A DNA stretch of 63,688 nucleotides, the filler included, from Eremomyces bilateralis CBS 781.70 (lineage: Eukaryota): NCBI GenBank assembly GCA_010015585.1. It is 5 parts of 5 records of this genome, joined end to end, with 100 filler letters (N's around TTAATTAATTAA, not from the genome) between each part and the next. Parts side by side here need not be neighbours in the genome. Positions count along the whole stretch, not along the records: positions 21,095 to 39,390 come from ML975205.1; positions 39,491 to 54,876 come from ML975207.1; 3 more parts are not named here. One strand, written 5' to 3'. Made by a program: the position numbers and the translations under genes. Each line of letters begins with the position of its first letter. The first letter of the stretch is position 1. Below the pieces are notes generated by a model. The model was not told where the DNA came from. It saw nothing but the letters and a program-made list of their open reading frames with translations, and made no database searches. Positions 33,218-43,973 of this stretch are shown piece by piece.

Positions 33218-36200
33218 ATGGCCACCCTTGACTCCCTAAAGCGGGCCCTTCGGCGAAAAACCAGAGCAACGGCATCGTCCTCGAAGCAGCCCTTGTCCGA
33301 CTCACAGTACAGCGCCGGCTTCGATATCTTGCTCCGAGACTCGGGATGGGTGACATACCGGGATTTTATCATCCCTCAACTATCTCAGCTGCTAAGCCTT
33401 CTCGTTAACTCGCGTGTCCATATCTCGGCACTAGAAATCGGACCGGGCCCGAAGAGCCTCCTTGGACATCTTCCCAGCGGTCTAAAACGGAAGGTCAGGA
33501 GATACACTGCATTCGAGCCCAATGGCTTGTTTGCTACGAGGTTGGAAGAATGGCTTAGCTCGGCCCCCGAGTCAGAGTCCCCGCTGCCCTGTCTGGAAAG
33601 GGCGCCCGACATCCACCGAATTCCCTTCGTCCTGGACGACAACATAGGTAGCGTTACCGGTACCGGTACGAGTGATGAGGAAAAATACGATATCATCCTA
33701 TTCTGCCACAGCATGTATGGCATGAAGCCCAAACACAGGGTGATCGAACGTGCGCTAGAAATGCTTGTTAAGCGGCCACAAGGCGGAGTGGTCGCGATTT
33801 TCCATCGCGACGGGGCCCTGGACCTCGACGGCTTGGTGTGCTATCGAACGGCTTCTTTCCCTACCGGAGTCGTTCGCGTGGCAAATGACGACGAGGTACT
33901 AGATAGTTTTGCTCCTTTCGTCGCGGGGTTTGTCGTGCAGGACGTGGACGTGGACAAGGCTATCCGAGTTGAGTGGCGTAAGGTGTGCCGCGCCTTGAGC
34001 CGTCGCGAGGATGCCTATCCAGATCATCTCTTGTTCAGCGCGCCCAACGTCATGGCGGCCTTTACCCAACATGCGACCACGTTGCCAGAGCTGACGGCGC
34101 AGGTGCCATTGGTGAAAGAGGGCAAGATAGTTAAAAACCGGGAGGCTCGCCTTCACCGCCCCGCCTCGATTATTAGGCCGACAGAGGTCCGACACGTCCA
34201 GCAGTGCGTTCAATGGGCTCTTAAGCACGGGGTCGGCCTGACCGTCGTCGGTGGGGGTCACAGCGGCCATTGTCTCTGGCCCAACGTTGTTTCGGTCGAC
34301 ATGGGCGCCTTTGATCAAGTACACATTGTCTCAGCGGGGGAGGATGGAGGGGATTCTGGTTCCGATTCTGGTTCCTTGGTCGTCGCCGAGGCCGGCTGCA
34401 AGACGGTGGATATCGTCCGCAAGGCCATGGCGGCGGGTGTGACAGTGCCCCTAGGGGCTCGCCCAAGTGTCGGTGCGGGGCTGTGGCTACAAGGCGGCAT
34501 CGGGCACCTGGCTAGGTTGTATGGGCTCGCGTGCGACGCCATTGTAGGTGCCATTATGGTTAGCGTCGACTCTAGCCAGGTCCTCTGCGTCGGCCATGTA
34601 CCAAGCCAACACCGGCCGGCCGGTGCCGTTCGCCCAGATAACGAACCCGATCTATTATGGGCGATGAAAGGCGCCGGGACCAACTTTGGCATCGTGGTCA
34701 GTGTGATTTTCAAGGCTTACACAGCTCCGACCTACCTGACTCGAAACTGGGTTGTCCCGCTAAGTGACAACCTCGAGGCCCGGTTCAGACTCAGTGACTT
34801 TGATAAACTCGTCGCCAGGAAGCTCCCCCGGAGCTGTTCTGCAGACGCGTATCTGTACTGGGACGCTGGCCAGCTGCGTCTTGGCATGACCATGTTCGAA
34901 TCTTTCACGACAAGGCTCACCTCTGCAAAACCCACGCTCACGCCTGTAGGTGAAATTTGGGGGCCGGGAGACGATTCCAAGGCCGTAGACGGCATCGGTT
35001 TGTTTGAGGGCGAGATGTACATGTCCGGGATGCACGGCGGGCACGGCAGCGGCAAGACCTCCTCGTTCAAGAGATGTTTATTTTTAAAAAACATCGGAGA
35101 AGCGAACGTCGCCGACCGATTGGTGGCGGCCGTTGGGACTCGTCCCTCGCCACTCTGCTATCTCCATCTCTTGCAAGGTGGCGGAGCGGTCGGCGACGTT
35201 GCGGCCGATGCCACTGCTTTCGGCTGTCGGGACTGGGACTTTGCCTGCGTGATAACTGGTGTCTGGCCCTGCGACCAAGATGGTACCGAAGCCGCACTAT
35301 CTGCCGTGCGGTGGGTTTACAACGTCGCCGGGGACTTGTTGTCCCTGAGTAGCGGAGCTTACGGCGCCGACCTTGGGCCGGACCCCAGAGACGCCGTGCT
35401 GGCGGCCAAGGCTTTTGGACCGAACCGGCCGCGCCTGGCCCGTCTCAAACACAGCTTGGACCCGCGTAATGTACTGGCTTATGCCTGCCCACTCCCGAAA
35501 GTGCAGATGCAACAGAAGCTTATCATTCTTGTCACGGGCGAAAGCTGCGCCGGCAAGGACTATTGTGCCGACGTCTGGGTCTCCGTGTTCATGAAAAGCG
35601 CTCACAAAAGCCTCACGGCGCGTGCGGTCAGCATTAGCGATGCGATCAAGCGAGAATACGCGGCGGCTACCGGTGCCGACTTGAGCCTCCTGCTTGGGAA
35701 CCGTGCCTACAAGGAGCAGCACCGCCCGGCGCTCACGACATATTTCCGAGAACGGGCGCGGCAACGTCCTCGGCTGCCACAGGAACATTTTCTGAGCGTC
35801 GTGTCTGGCGCCGTCGACGTGGACGTGCTGCTAATCACCGGGATGAGGGACGAGGCGCCGGTCGCAACCTTGTCGCATTTGGTGCCAGACAGCAGGCTTA
35901 TCGAGGTTCACGTCCAAGCGAGTGAACAGACGCGGCGGGTTCGCCGAGGGTGCCACATCGGTGACAACGGTGGTGATGACTACGGTGACGACAACAAGGA
36001 CAACAACAGTCGCAAGTCGAGTTCAACAGCTTGGGATTACTGTCATAGTTTCACCATCGACAACGACACGACCGGGAATAAGGCGGCAACACGGTTTGCC
36101 GAACGATACCTGCTTCCCTTCCTCCACGAGGACCTGCAGCGACTGGCCGACATGGTGCGCCAGATACCCGACTACCCGCGCCAAGGCATCGAGTTCTGTC

Positions 36201-36736
36201 ACGTGCTCGGCATCGAGTTCTGTCACGTGCTCGGCATCTCCCAGAAGCCCGGTGGGCTGGCCCTGTGTACGTCGCTGCTGAAAACCCACTTCGCCGGTGA
36301 CTGGGCCAAAGTCGATGCGGTGGTGTGTTGCGAGGCCGGCGGGTTTGTCTATGCGTCGGCGTTGGCCTCGTGGGTCAATGTGCCATTGGTGCTGACTCGG
36401 GGCGCTGGCAAGCTCCCTCCACCCACCGTGTCGGTTATCAAGCTCTCATCGCATATCTCTTCTTTAGAATCCAACGATTCGACGGAGAAGCGGATCGAAA
36501 TGGAACGGGATGTCCTACCCAGGGGGGGTTTCGTGGTAGTGGTAGACGATGTACTCTCCACCGGGAAGACGCTCTGTGCGGTGTTACAGCTTCTGGATAA
36601 AGATGGAATCGGCTCCGATGATGTCAGCATAATGACCGTGGCCGAGTTTCCGGTTCACCGTGGCCGGGAACTATTGCGCCGGCGTGGGTTTGGCAGAATC
36701 AATATTCAAAGCCTTTTAGTCTTTGGCGGTGCTTAG
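33218..36736 (+). CDS. Multidomain enzyme, 1172 aa: SAM methyltransferase-like + FAD-linked (BBE/VAO-type) oxidase + phosphomevalonate/NMP-kinase-like P-loop + type I phosphoribosyltransferase
   Basis: LEIGPGP/FCHSMY (methyltransferase), GGGHSG and GAGTNFGIV...LKHSLDPRNVL (FAD oxidase), VTGESCAGKDY...AYKEQHR (kinase) and VVVDDVLSTGKTL (PRPP-binding loop). Intronless. Confidence 0.88.
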   Translation: MATLDSLKRALRRKTRATASSSKQPLSDSQYSAGFDILLRDSGWVTYRDFIIPQLSQLLSLLVNSRVHISALEIGPGPKSLLGHLPSGLKRKVRRYTAFEPNGLFATRLEEWLSSAPESESPLPCLERAPDIHRIPFVLDDNIGSVTGTGTSDEEKYDIILFCHSMYGMKPKHRVIERALEMLVKRPQGGVVAIFHRDGALDLDGLVCYRTASFPTGVVRVANDDEVLDSFAPFVAGFVVQDVDVDKAIRVEWRKVCRALSRREDAYPDHLLFSAPNVMAAFTQHATTLPELTAQVPLVKEGKIVKNREARLHRPASIIRPTEVRHVQQCVQWALKHGVGLTVVGGGHSGHCLWPNVVSVDMGAFDQVHIVSAGEDGGDSGSDSGSLVVAEAGCKTVDIVRKAMAAGVTVPLGARPSVGAGLWLQGGIGHLARLYGLACDAIVGAIMVSVDSSQVLCVGHVPSQHRPAGAVRPDNEPDLLWAMKGAGTNFGIVVSVIFKAYTAPTYLTRNWVVPLSDNLEARFRLSDFDKLVARKLPRSCSADAYLYWDAGQLRLGMTMFESFTTRLTSAKPTLTPVGEIWGPGDDSKAVDGIGLFEGEMYMSGMHGGHGSGKTSSFKRCLFLKNIGEANVADRLVAAVGTRPSPLCYLHLLQGGGAVGDVAADATAFGCRDWDFACVITGVWPCDQDGTEAALSAVRWVYNVAGDLLSLSSGAYGADLGPDPRDAVLAAKAFGPNRPRLARLKHSLDPRNVLAYACPLPKVQMQQKLIILVTGESCAGKDYCADVWVSVFMKSAHKSLTARAVSISDAIKREYAAATGADLSLLLGNRAYKEQHRPALTTYFRERARQRPRLPQEHFLSVVSGAVDVDVLLITGMRDEAPVATLSHLVPDSRLIEVHVQASEQTRRVRRGCHIGDNGGDDYGDDNKDNNSRKSSSTAWDYCHSFTIDNDTTGNKAATRFAERYLLPFLHEDLQRLADMVRQIPDYPRQGIEFCHVLGIEFCHVLGISQKPGGLALCTSLLKTHFAGDWAKVDAVVCCEAGGFVYASALASWVNVPLVLTRGAGKLPPPTVSVIKLSSHISSLESNDSTEKRIEMERDVLPRGGFVVVVDDVLSTGKTLCAVLQLLDKDGIGSDDVSIMTVAEFPVHRGRELLRRRGFGRINIQSLLVFGGA

Positions 36737-36756
36737 CAAAGGACGGAAAAGATCTT

Positions 36757-36860
36757 AGAGAGAGAGAGAGAGAGATTCATACGCCCGTCAGGCCTCTCTG
36801 TGAGGCCCATGTGGGGAACTAGCTAGGATGACTAATTACATGATGGTTGCCTTGTGTCTA
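36757..36860 (-). repeat. SINE-like family D copy
   Basis: (GA)n followed by TTCATACGCCCGTCAGGCCTC... Confidence 0.85.
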
Positions 36861-39067
36861 GTGCCTGGAGGAACGAAGTGCCTGGAGGAACGAAGTGCCG
36901 TAAGGTCTGAGTGCCTGGAGGAACGAAGTTCCGTAAGGTCTTTGTGGACGCCTGAGGGCCAACTTTTCTCCCAACTCAAACTTAAATCACATGATATTCA
37001 CGTGAGTTTCACGTGATTTCCGTTCCTTCACCCCAACCTTCGTCGACATCGCGATCGCCGCCCGATTTAGCCCGTATGATATGATTCTAACGAGCTATGA
37101 AACTACACGCTCGGCATCGTTCACTCGCCGTTCGCTGACACCGCCTGATTCTGACCCCGCGCCTGACTGAGTCCGATCGTCGGGACTCAATCCGATCGTT
37201 GAGACTTGACTCTGATTGTCAAGACTGACTCCGATCATAAAGACTCGAGAAAAAGAGGAGGGATGCGAGGGAAAAAAAAGAGGCGAAGTCTCCCCATCAT
37301 TAAGCGATCAATGTTACAAAGGGTCGGTTTTCAATGTCTCTCGCTCTATTTGCGCTCTGCTAGCCAATCTACTTTGTATATCTAGGCCGCGTTTACTTCC
37401 CCTTAATGTACCGTCCATCCCTCTTCTGTTGACCAGTCCCAACGTTCCGCGTCTTGAATCATCCCCTCGCTCAGCCGTTCTAGCCTATTCTCGGCGGCGA
37501 CCATAGTCTCGGGCACTCGATTACCGATAATGTCCCTTTCTCGCGCTCGAGACAGAAGCATAATCCCATCTAGGGATGGGCAGCGCGATAGTTGTACGTA
37601 TAGGCCGTAGGCATCGCATTAACTGGGAACGGCCTAGCCATCGATGTTCGTCGTCCTCGCGCCGCGAAGTTCTAGCGCCACTCGGTCTAACGTCTTTCCT
37701 TACACCTTATAATCCGTGGAGGCGAACGCCGCTGCGCACGGTAATCCTCGCCGGCTGACGTCGTGCATCTGCCACGGCCGCTTTCTCTGGGAGTCGATTT
37801 TGACACTGACGGGTGCCAGGAGGATGGTGCCGGCTGGCATGCCCACGAAATCGTAGTCTCTCGTCGTCTCGGACGCCAGCACGATCCCGGCCGGAGGCCC
37901 GAAGTGGAGCATGGTATCGGCGTTGACGCGATGCCCGGGGAATTTCAGGTCGAGGATGACGTCTAACGCCGTATAGCGGGCGCCATTGACCAGCTTCAGG
38001 CCTTGGTGGGTGTTTTGATTTACGGTGATGGGCATCCCCTGGACGAACATAAAGATAGCGGGGACGGGGATGGCGCTGTCGTCCCCCTGACTTAACAGCA
38101 TTAGGGCCTCCTCCTCCGTAGGCTGGCCATCTTTCCACTTGTGCTCGGACATGAAAATCCGAAGCACGCTTTGCCTTTGGCGTTGGAAGGACAGCGTGGC
38201 TTCGACGTTCAGATTCCAGCGGTTCCGATTCAGCGGCGTGATAACCGTGATGCCGGACTCCCATGGGATACGTCGACCTTCCTGGTAGCACGTGTCGTTC
38301 AGAAAATCCATATCGGACTGATCTTGTACGCCGTGCCGGATCCGCCTGAGGAGTTGCTGGAGTCGTGGATCTCCGGCGGCACGGACTTGTTCGTCGAGCA
38401 TCACGACCGTAGTAAACTTGTTCCACAGCGCGTGCGCTTTATCGTGCTGGTGCCTCTGCTCTGCTCGGAAAGCTGTATCGTCGGTCTACGCAATAACTTG
38501 GCTGGGGAGAAGGATGGACCGCTCCTGGACCGGGCGGAACTGGCGGAAATCCCCGCAGAACACGATAATCGGGATCCCGCTAAAGTCGTCCGCATACCCT
38601 CGAAGTCGGTACAGCTGTTCGTTTACTATATATAGCGTCCGCGCACCCAGTATACTGACCTCGTCGATAATGAGCAGGAGCTTTTCCTGCCATACGGCCC
38701 GGCTTCGTCCATCGACGCGGAGATTAGTTGAACTCCTAGGCGCGAATCTCTCCAGGTCCGTACTCCGACCCACCGACCGAGTCGTGTCTTTCGAGAACCC
38801 GCACGCGGAATGGATAGTGACCCCATCAATATTGGCTACCGCCGTTCCCGAGGTCGCTGTAACCAGTAGGCGGTGCGGGATCCCCTTCCTCGCGAACAGC
38901 GCCGCGACCGCTCCGATGATCCGTGATTTTCCCGTCCCGCCCTCACCTCCAATAAATTGGCAGAGCTGGGGAACTCCGGACTCGTCGCGGTGGACCCGGT
39001 CTAGCTGGCGGCAGATAAGTCGAAATACGATACTCTGCTTTCGATTCAAGGTAAACGACTCCTCTGC
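36861..39067 (-). mobile_element. Helitron-like element 3' part: degraded PIF1 helicase and terminal repeats
   Basis: Walker A GEGGTGKS, IIDEVS, GDFRQFRPV, LDEQVRA..D, LVNGA and ASTDYKV, broken by stops. GCCTGGAGGAACGAAG occurs three times at 36863-36928. Confidence 0.85.
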
Positions 39068-39390
39068 TGTGAAGATTCACTACCTGCATGAGCCATTTGG
39101 GCCCTTTGGGCCCAGATCGGATTATCTTTTATCCTTACCCCGCTTTTGAGGTATATAATACCCCGCACGAATCCTACCAACTCTCGACGGTAGCGATTCG
39201 CGCTGTTACACATTTACACGATTACATACAATACAAATACGTTGATACAGACTTCTTGATCTATTCAGTTGCCTACAGCAATCCAATATCACCCAGGACT
39301 ACCAATCCTTGACACTCGAATCGCTCTTCTTGGCTGTACAACGCTGAGCAGAGTAGAGAATGTCTGACAACACCATCAATCCCCGGGAGA
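39068..39390 (+). mobile_element. Probable 5' LTR and gag start of a retrotransposon truncating the helicase
   Basis: Helicase homology stops abruptly at TGTGAAG (39068). A possible LTR end CCTTGACA lies near 39313 and an ATG near 39360, then the gap. Confidence 0.45.
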
Positions 39391-39490
39391 NNNNNNNNNN
39401 NNNNNNNNNNNNNNNNNNNNNNNNNNNNNNNNNNTTAATTAATTAANNNNNNNNNNNNNNNNNNNNNNNNNNNNNNNNNNNNNNNNNNNN

Positions 39491-40228
39491 ATAGCTCTCC
39501 TCCGAGGCGAAAATCAGGGCCTTAGACATGCCATTATGCACGAAAGGAGGAAGCGTAAGCGTGGCAGACCCTTATTTGAAGAGCTACGTGCTGAATCGGG
39601 TTCCAAATCACAGTTCTACAGTCCTAAAAAGATCGAGCGAGCTCGTGAGCTCCAGCGAGAGAAGGATCAGGGTAAACGCGATAAGAAGGCACGGAAAGCA
39701 CAGGCAAAACTGAATAAAGCACTTCAGAGGGCAGAGAATGATAGGCTACGAGCGGAACAAGTTGCTCAACGGGCACAGGACCGTCAGATTAGGGCGGCAG
39801 AAAGAGAGGTAGAGCTTGCTCGACGTAGGGCCATTCGACAGGCTGATCGTGAAGCAAGATCGGCACAGGCACAGCTTCTCCAAGAGTTAAAAACACCTCG
39901 AAACACCAGAAAACGAGCAAAAGAAGCCTCTCCACAGCAAATTGTACAGCCGCAGGTAATCAGCAGCGATGTGGAGGAGCTAGATAGCGATGGGGAGGAA
40001 TCTAAAGGAATGGAGACTCAGACGCGGCGAGGTCGCATTTCCCGGCCACCACGATACCTTAAGGGCTTCGATTTGGGCCCTAAATAAGCTTATAGTATCT
40101 CAGAATCTCACAACAACAATTTTTTCTAAATCTCTATTGTGTATGGGCACGAATGGCTTCAAAACTGAGTGCCCATCGCGAGCGCTTATGACGCGGTGGA
40201 CCGTGCAAGGAGTGGTGCCGTGCACGTT
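39491..40228 (+). mobile_element. 3' end of a pogo/Fot1-like transposon (transposase C-terminal coiled coil)
   Basis: ORF 39536-40087 KRKRGRPLF...FYSPKKI...TQTRRGRISRPP is typical of fungal pogo C-termini. Putative terminus ...GCCGTGCACGT. Confidence 0.65.
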
Positions 40229-40532
40229 GTGGGGAAAACCCATACATCTATAGCGCAGAAGCCGAAAACCATCCGGAGGCTAATCTACAGCAGCAAACCA
40301 TACGTAACGACCAATAGCAAATAATGGACGCAGATGGAACATTGATTGTGGTATCCTCTAACCATCGCATCAGGGAGTGCATGTGGTGTCATCCCCGCAC
40401 TTCATGTTGGACCACGCACAGTACGCCGCACAGCAACATCAATCAATAACGGGATATCAAACCCATCGCACCCTGATGCTCATTGTTCATTATTCTTGAG
40501 AGTACCTCTTAGATAGGAGAGACGGAATCGCA

Positions 40533-43488
40533 ATGGCCCGCGTCAGCCTCATTCCTGCACTTCTAGTATCACCAAACTCTAGCGACGCCTTCGAATGGAG
40601 CTTCCCTCCTAACCTGGAGTCTGAGATAACCACCCTAGCCGCCTGGTGTCAAGTCAAGCAGAAGCAGAGGGCCCCCCTTTCTTTTTCCATCGAGGATAGT
40701 AAAGATGATCTGGAGGAGTCCACTGACGACGAAGAATGCACTAATCTGCTCATTCCACCATCCCTAGATGGCGACACGCGAATTAAAAAGGACTTTCTCG
40801 ACCGACTCGCAGAACTACTTTGCTATAGAAAAGACCCTTCATTGATCACGAGCACGGCGTTCATCTATAGTGAGATGGAGGTGACTATTGTGGCTGCTCG
40901 AAACTCGACCTCGGGCGGGAAAGCTTGGTCGGACGAGGATATCAAGATGCTCGAATACTTGGCCGAAGTCCTCGAGAGAGTTTCAGCTGACGGTTGGTGT
41001 CTCTGTCGAAACCTGCCTCCCGTGTCGATAAACTGACTTCTTGCATAGACACTTTCGAGCCTCACCCGCTTCCGGCGCTGCAGAGCACCTTAGTGGAATA
41101 TTACAGTCAAAGAATTCGGCACCACGCGCAGAATGCCATGTCTATCGAAAAGGGAAACACGGGATTGAATTTCTTCAAAGACGGCGTGTGTAATGACGTC
41201 GTGTCCGGCAATCTAGCTGTATACGACTTTGCTAGGGGTGTTGAGGCCATATCCTATAGTACGGACTTTTATACCGAACTGAAGGTCAACCTGACACCCG
41301 AAAACCTTGGTCGCGTCGTGGAGGAATTGGCGCATATTCGAAGGCCGATGCAAGGTGCAGGAGCCTTTTTGCATGTCGCTCAGCAATGCCCTGGCTTTCG
41401 CAACGTTAAAATCGTCTTACTCAATAGTCTCCCGGCAAGGAAGGTCAAGATATGGCCGTTGCCCAAGGAAGAGTTTCCAGTCACCCCGCGGTTAGAACGG
41501 AAATTCCGCAACGAAGTTAAGAAGCGCAAGAACCTCCATGCCGAGATGGTGCTAATGGCCTATCTTCTTGGCTCTAGGGGTCTCTGCTCGGAAGTTTTCC
41601 CGTATCTTGGGGTTAGCAAGAAGACGTGCCTTCTTTGCGGGTACTTACTTCGGGAAATAGGCTTTTTCGAAACTCGAGGGAACCACGGGAAATGTTATTC
41701 GCAATGGACATTTCCCCGCACACTACGGACGAACCCTGAGGTAGCCGAGAGACTACGGAGGGCTGTTCAGCGTCTGAGAGACATTCTTTGGGATGAAGGG
41801 ATAAAGTGCGACGTGTCTCACCGGGGTGCAGAGAAGGAATCAGTGATGGCGGTCCCGGTTCCGACCAGCGACAGGAGGAAGACGACGCTTTTTAATAGCA
41901 TAGTCGAGGACCCTAGATTTCTTGCGAGAGAGACAGAGTGGTTGGCCATGTCTTACAAGCGCGATAGAGAAGCCAAGTAAGTGGGAGAGATTGCTTGTTA
42001 GTTCGCCCTTGGTTATCCTCGATGCTAATATGGACTAGCATGACTCCTAGCTACGACAAACACATTGTTGAGTCCTCTCATGCACGGAATGGCGCCAGTG
42101 TACCAGAAGTTAATACTGGAGGGCTCAAAGGAAAAAAAGCCGACGCTGTTAGCCCAACAGTCTGCGCTTTCTGCAAGGCCACCTGCGAATTCGCCCATAT
42201 TTGTAAAAAATATGGGGTTGCCGCCTACTGTACTCCCGATTGCTACCGATCCGACTGGCATCGACACAAATTTTCTTGCAGCTTGGGCAGACCGACCGAC
42301 GCCACGGATTATTTGGTGCTCGCTTGTCACGCAAACAAGTTTCCCCTTGAAGACGACGTAGCGAATAGGTATGGCTTTATGTACTTTGCTTCCGGGCATG
42401 ATCGGTGGAGGCTCTTTAAGCTTTACCGCCGGCTTGTAGTCGACTGGAGGATTAACGAAGACGAGCTGCGCAGTGCGGTAGAGCGGAACAAGCTTCAGGA
42501 GATGCTTACGTTTCGATGCTTGCAAACCGGGGACCCTGGCATGCTAAGAGACATGCAGTGGCTTAAGAGCGAGGAGGGATTTGGAACCAACAGCAAGGGG
42601 CCGGAACTTGCTGTTATCTTCGAGGCGGCCCAGAGGGAGCTGTTAAGTCCTGACGAAAATGAGGTGCCGATCGTTGAACTTCAGCCTTTGGAAAAGAGAA
42701 AGGCGTTTGTCTTCTACGTTCAGATCCGGAATGGATTCAAGCCTGATGTGGATGAGGATAATTGGATCTCATTGGGATTTTGTACGGCCGCGGACCCCCA
42801 ATCAGAACAGCGACTCGTTTCCGTATATGGATGGCTTGTCGAGCGATGCCCGTTTGATGAGTTCTGGAATGCCATGGTAGAGTCGAGGATGGTGGAATTG
42901 TTTAGGAAATATGGGCTTGCGGACCGAATATTGCACCTGCGCAATTTCAAGAACTTCATGGCCATTGTCAAGAAACGGCATCAGAGCGTGTGGGAGCTTA
43001 AGCGATTTACACTCATGAACGTAGCTGATCCGTTCCGAGCCGTTGTAGTCGACTACGGATTCATGAACTGCAAGGATGCACGCCAACGGATGCAGCTTCG
43101 AGCGATATATCAGGAATACTTTGAACGGGGAGAGGATGAGATGAGACTCCATGAAGCATGCATTGCCGGAAAACTGGGGAGCTTCCTAGAGTCGGTCTTA
43201 GGAAGTCTTGCGGTGCGCCCGGACCTTCTTCGGAATTCTTATCCCTTGGAAAACTGCCCTCTTATGGGCATGGTGACCGATTCTGTTATAGTGTGCCCAA
43301 AGTCTGTTTTGGACCAGGTGAATGCTTTTGAGAGGGGTGATGGGGAGGAGACAATGGTAATTCCGGATGCCGAGGACGAGGCGATGATAAGATGTATTTA
43401 CGATCGTGCTGCGTTTCTAGGGACGGAAGTGAGAAAGCGGTATTATTCTGGATCAGACGGCAAAGTTGTTACCCAGTTGGCGTGGTAG
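40533..43488 (+). CDS. OTT_1508-like deaminase-fold + MYND zinc-finger protein (~945 aa, exons 40533-40992, 41049-41976, 42039-43488)
   Basis: FLDRLAELL, deaminase signature LHAEM...YLGVSKKTCLLC and MYND-like CAFC...YCTPDCYRSDWHRHKFSC. Both introns are GT-AG and in frame. Confidence 0.8.
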
Positions 43489-43492
43489 GTAC

Positions 43493-43645
43493 TAGGGCTG
43501 GACACGAATAAGGATTTTGGCTATTCGTATTCGACTTTTCCTCTTGAACGATTATTCGTATTCGACTAAGTTTTGGGACTTTTTATTCGTATTATTCGCG
43601 AATATTCGTAAATAATGCCAAGACTTATTCGGCAAAAGCCGAGCC
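43493..43645 (+). mobile_element. hAT-type terminus fragment
   Basis: Begins TAGGGCTG, like the reverse complement of the 6081 end, and has many TATTCG subterminal repeats. Confidence 0.6.
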
Positions 43646-43711
43646 TATGAATGAATGCCCAGCAGTCGCGACTTTTGTTTACCCGAACACGATCTGGAGG
43701 ATTTGAGCTCT

Positions 43712-43801
43712 AAGAGAGAGATAGATTCATATGCCCGTCAGGCCTCTCGGCGAGGCCCATGTGGGGAACTACCTAAGCTGACTAATTACATACATTGGTG
43801 C
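43712..43801 (-). repeat. SINE-like family D copy, cut by LTR C
   Basis: Matches the family-D sequence. Confidence 0.85.
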
Positions 43802-43973
43802 TGTGATGGATCAGAGGTCTATCGACCTGGATGCCTTGTGGCCTTTTGGCCCGTTTGCTCTGTAAACACCAGAACAGATAAACGCCTCGCACACCTTAGA
43901 TAGATTCCTCCTCCATAGCAACAATTCAATGTTTGCCTCATGATTGGAGATTCCCGATAGTGAGACTCTTACA
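43802..43973 (+). repeat. Solo LTR family C (diverged, no TSD)
   Basis: Matches 17938-18109 with several substitutions. Flanks differ. Confidence 0.9.

Noticed and set aside
36861..36940. Repeated GTGCCTGGAGGAACGAAG resembling a CRISPR array
   Set aside because: Eukaryotic context, no unique spacers of regular length and no cas genes. Better explained as Helitron-like terminal repeats.
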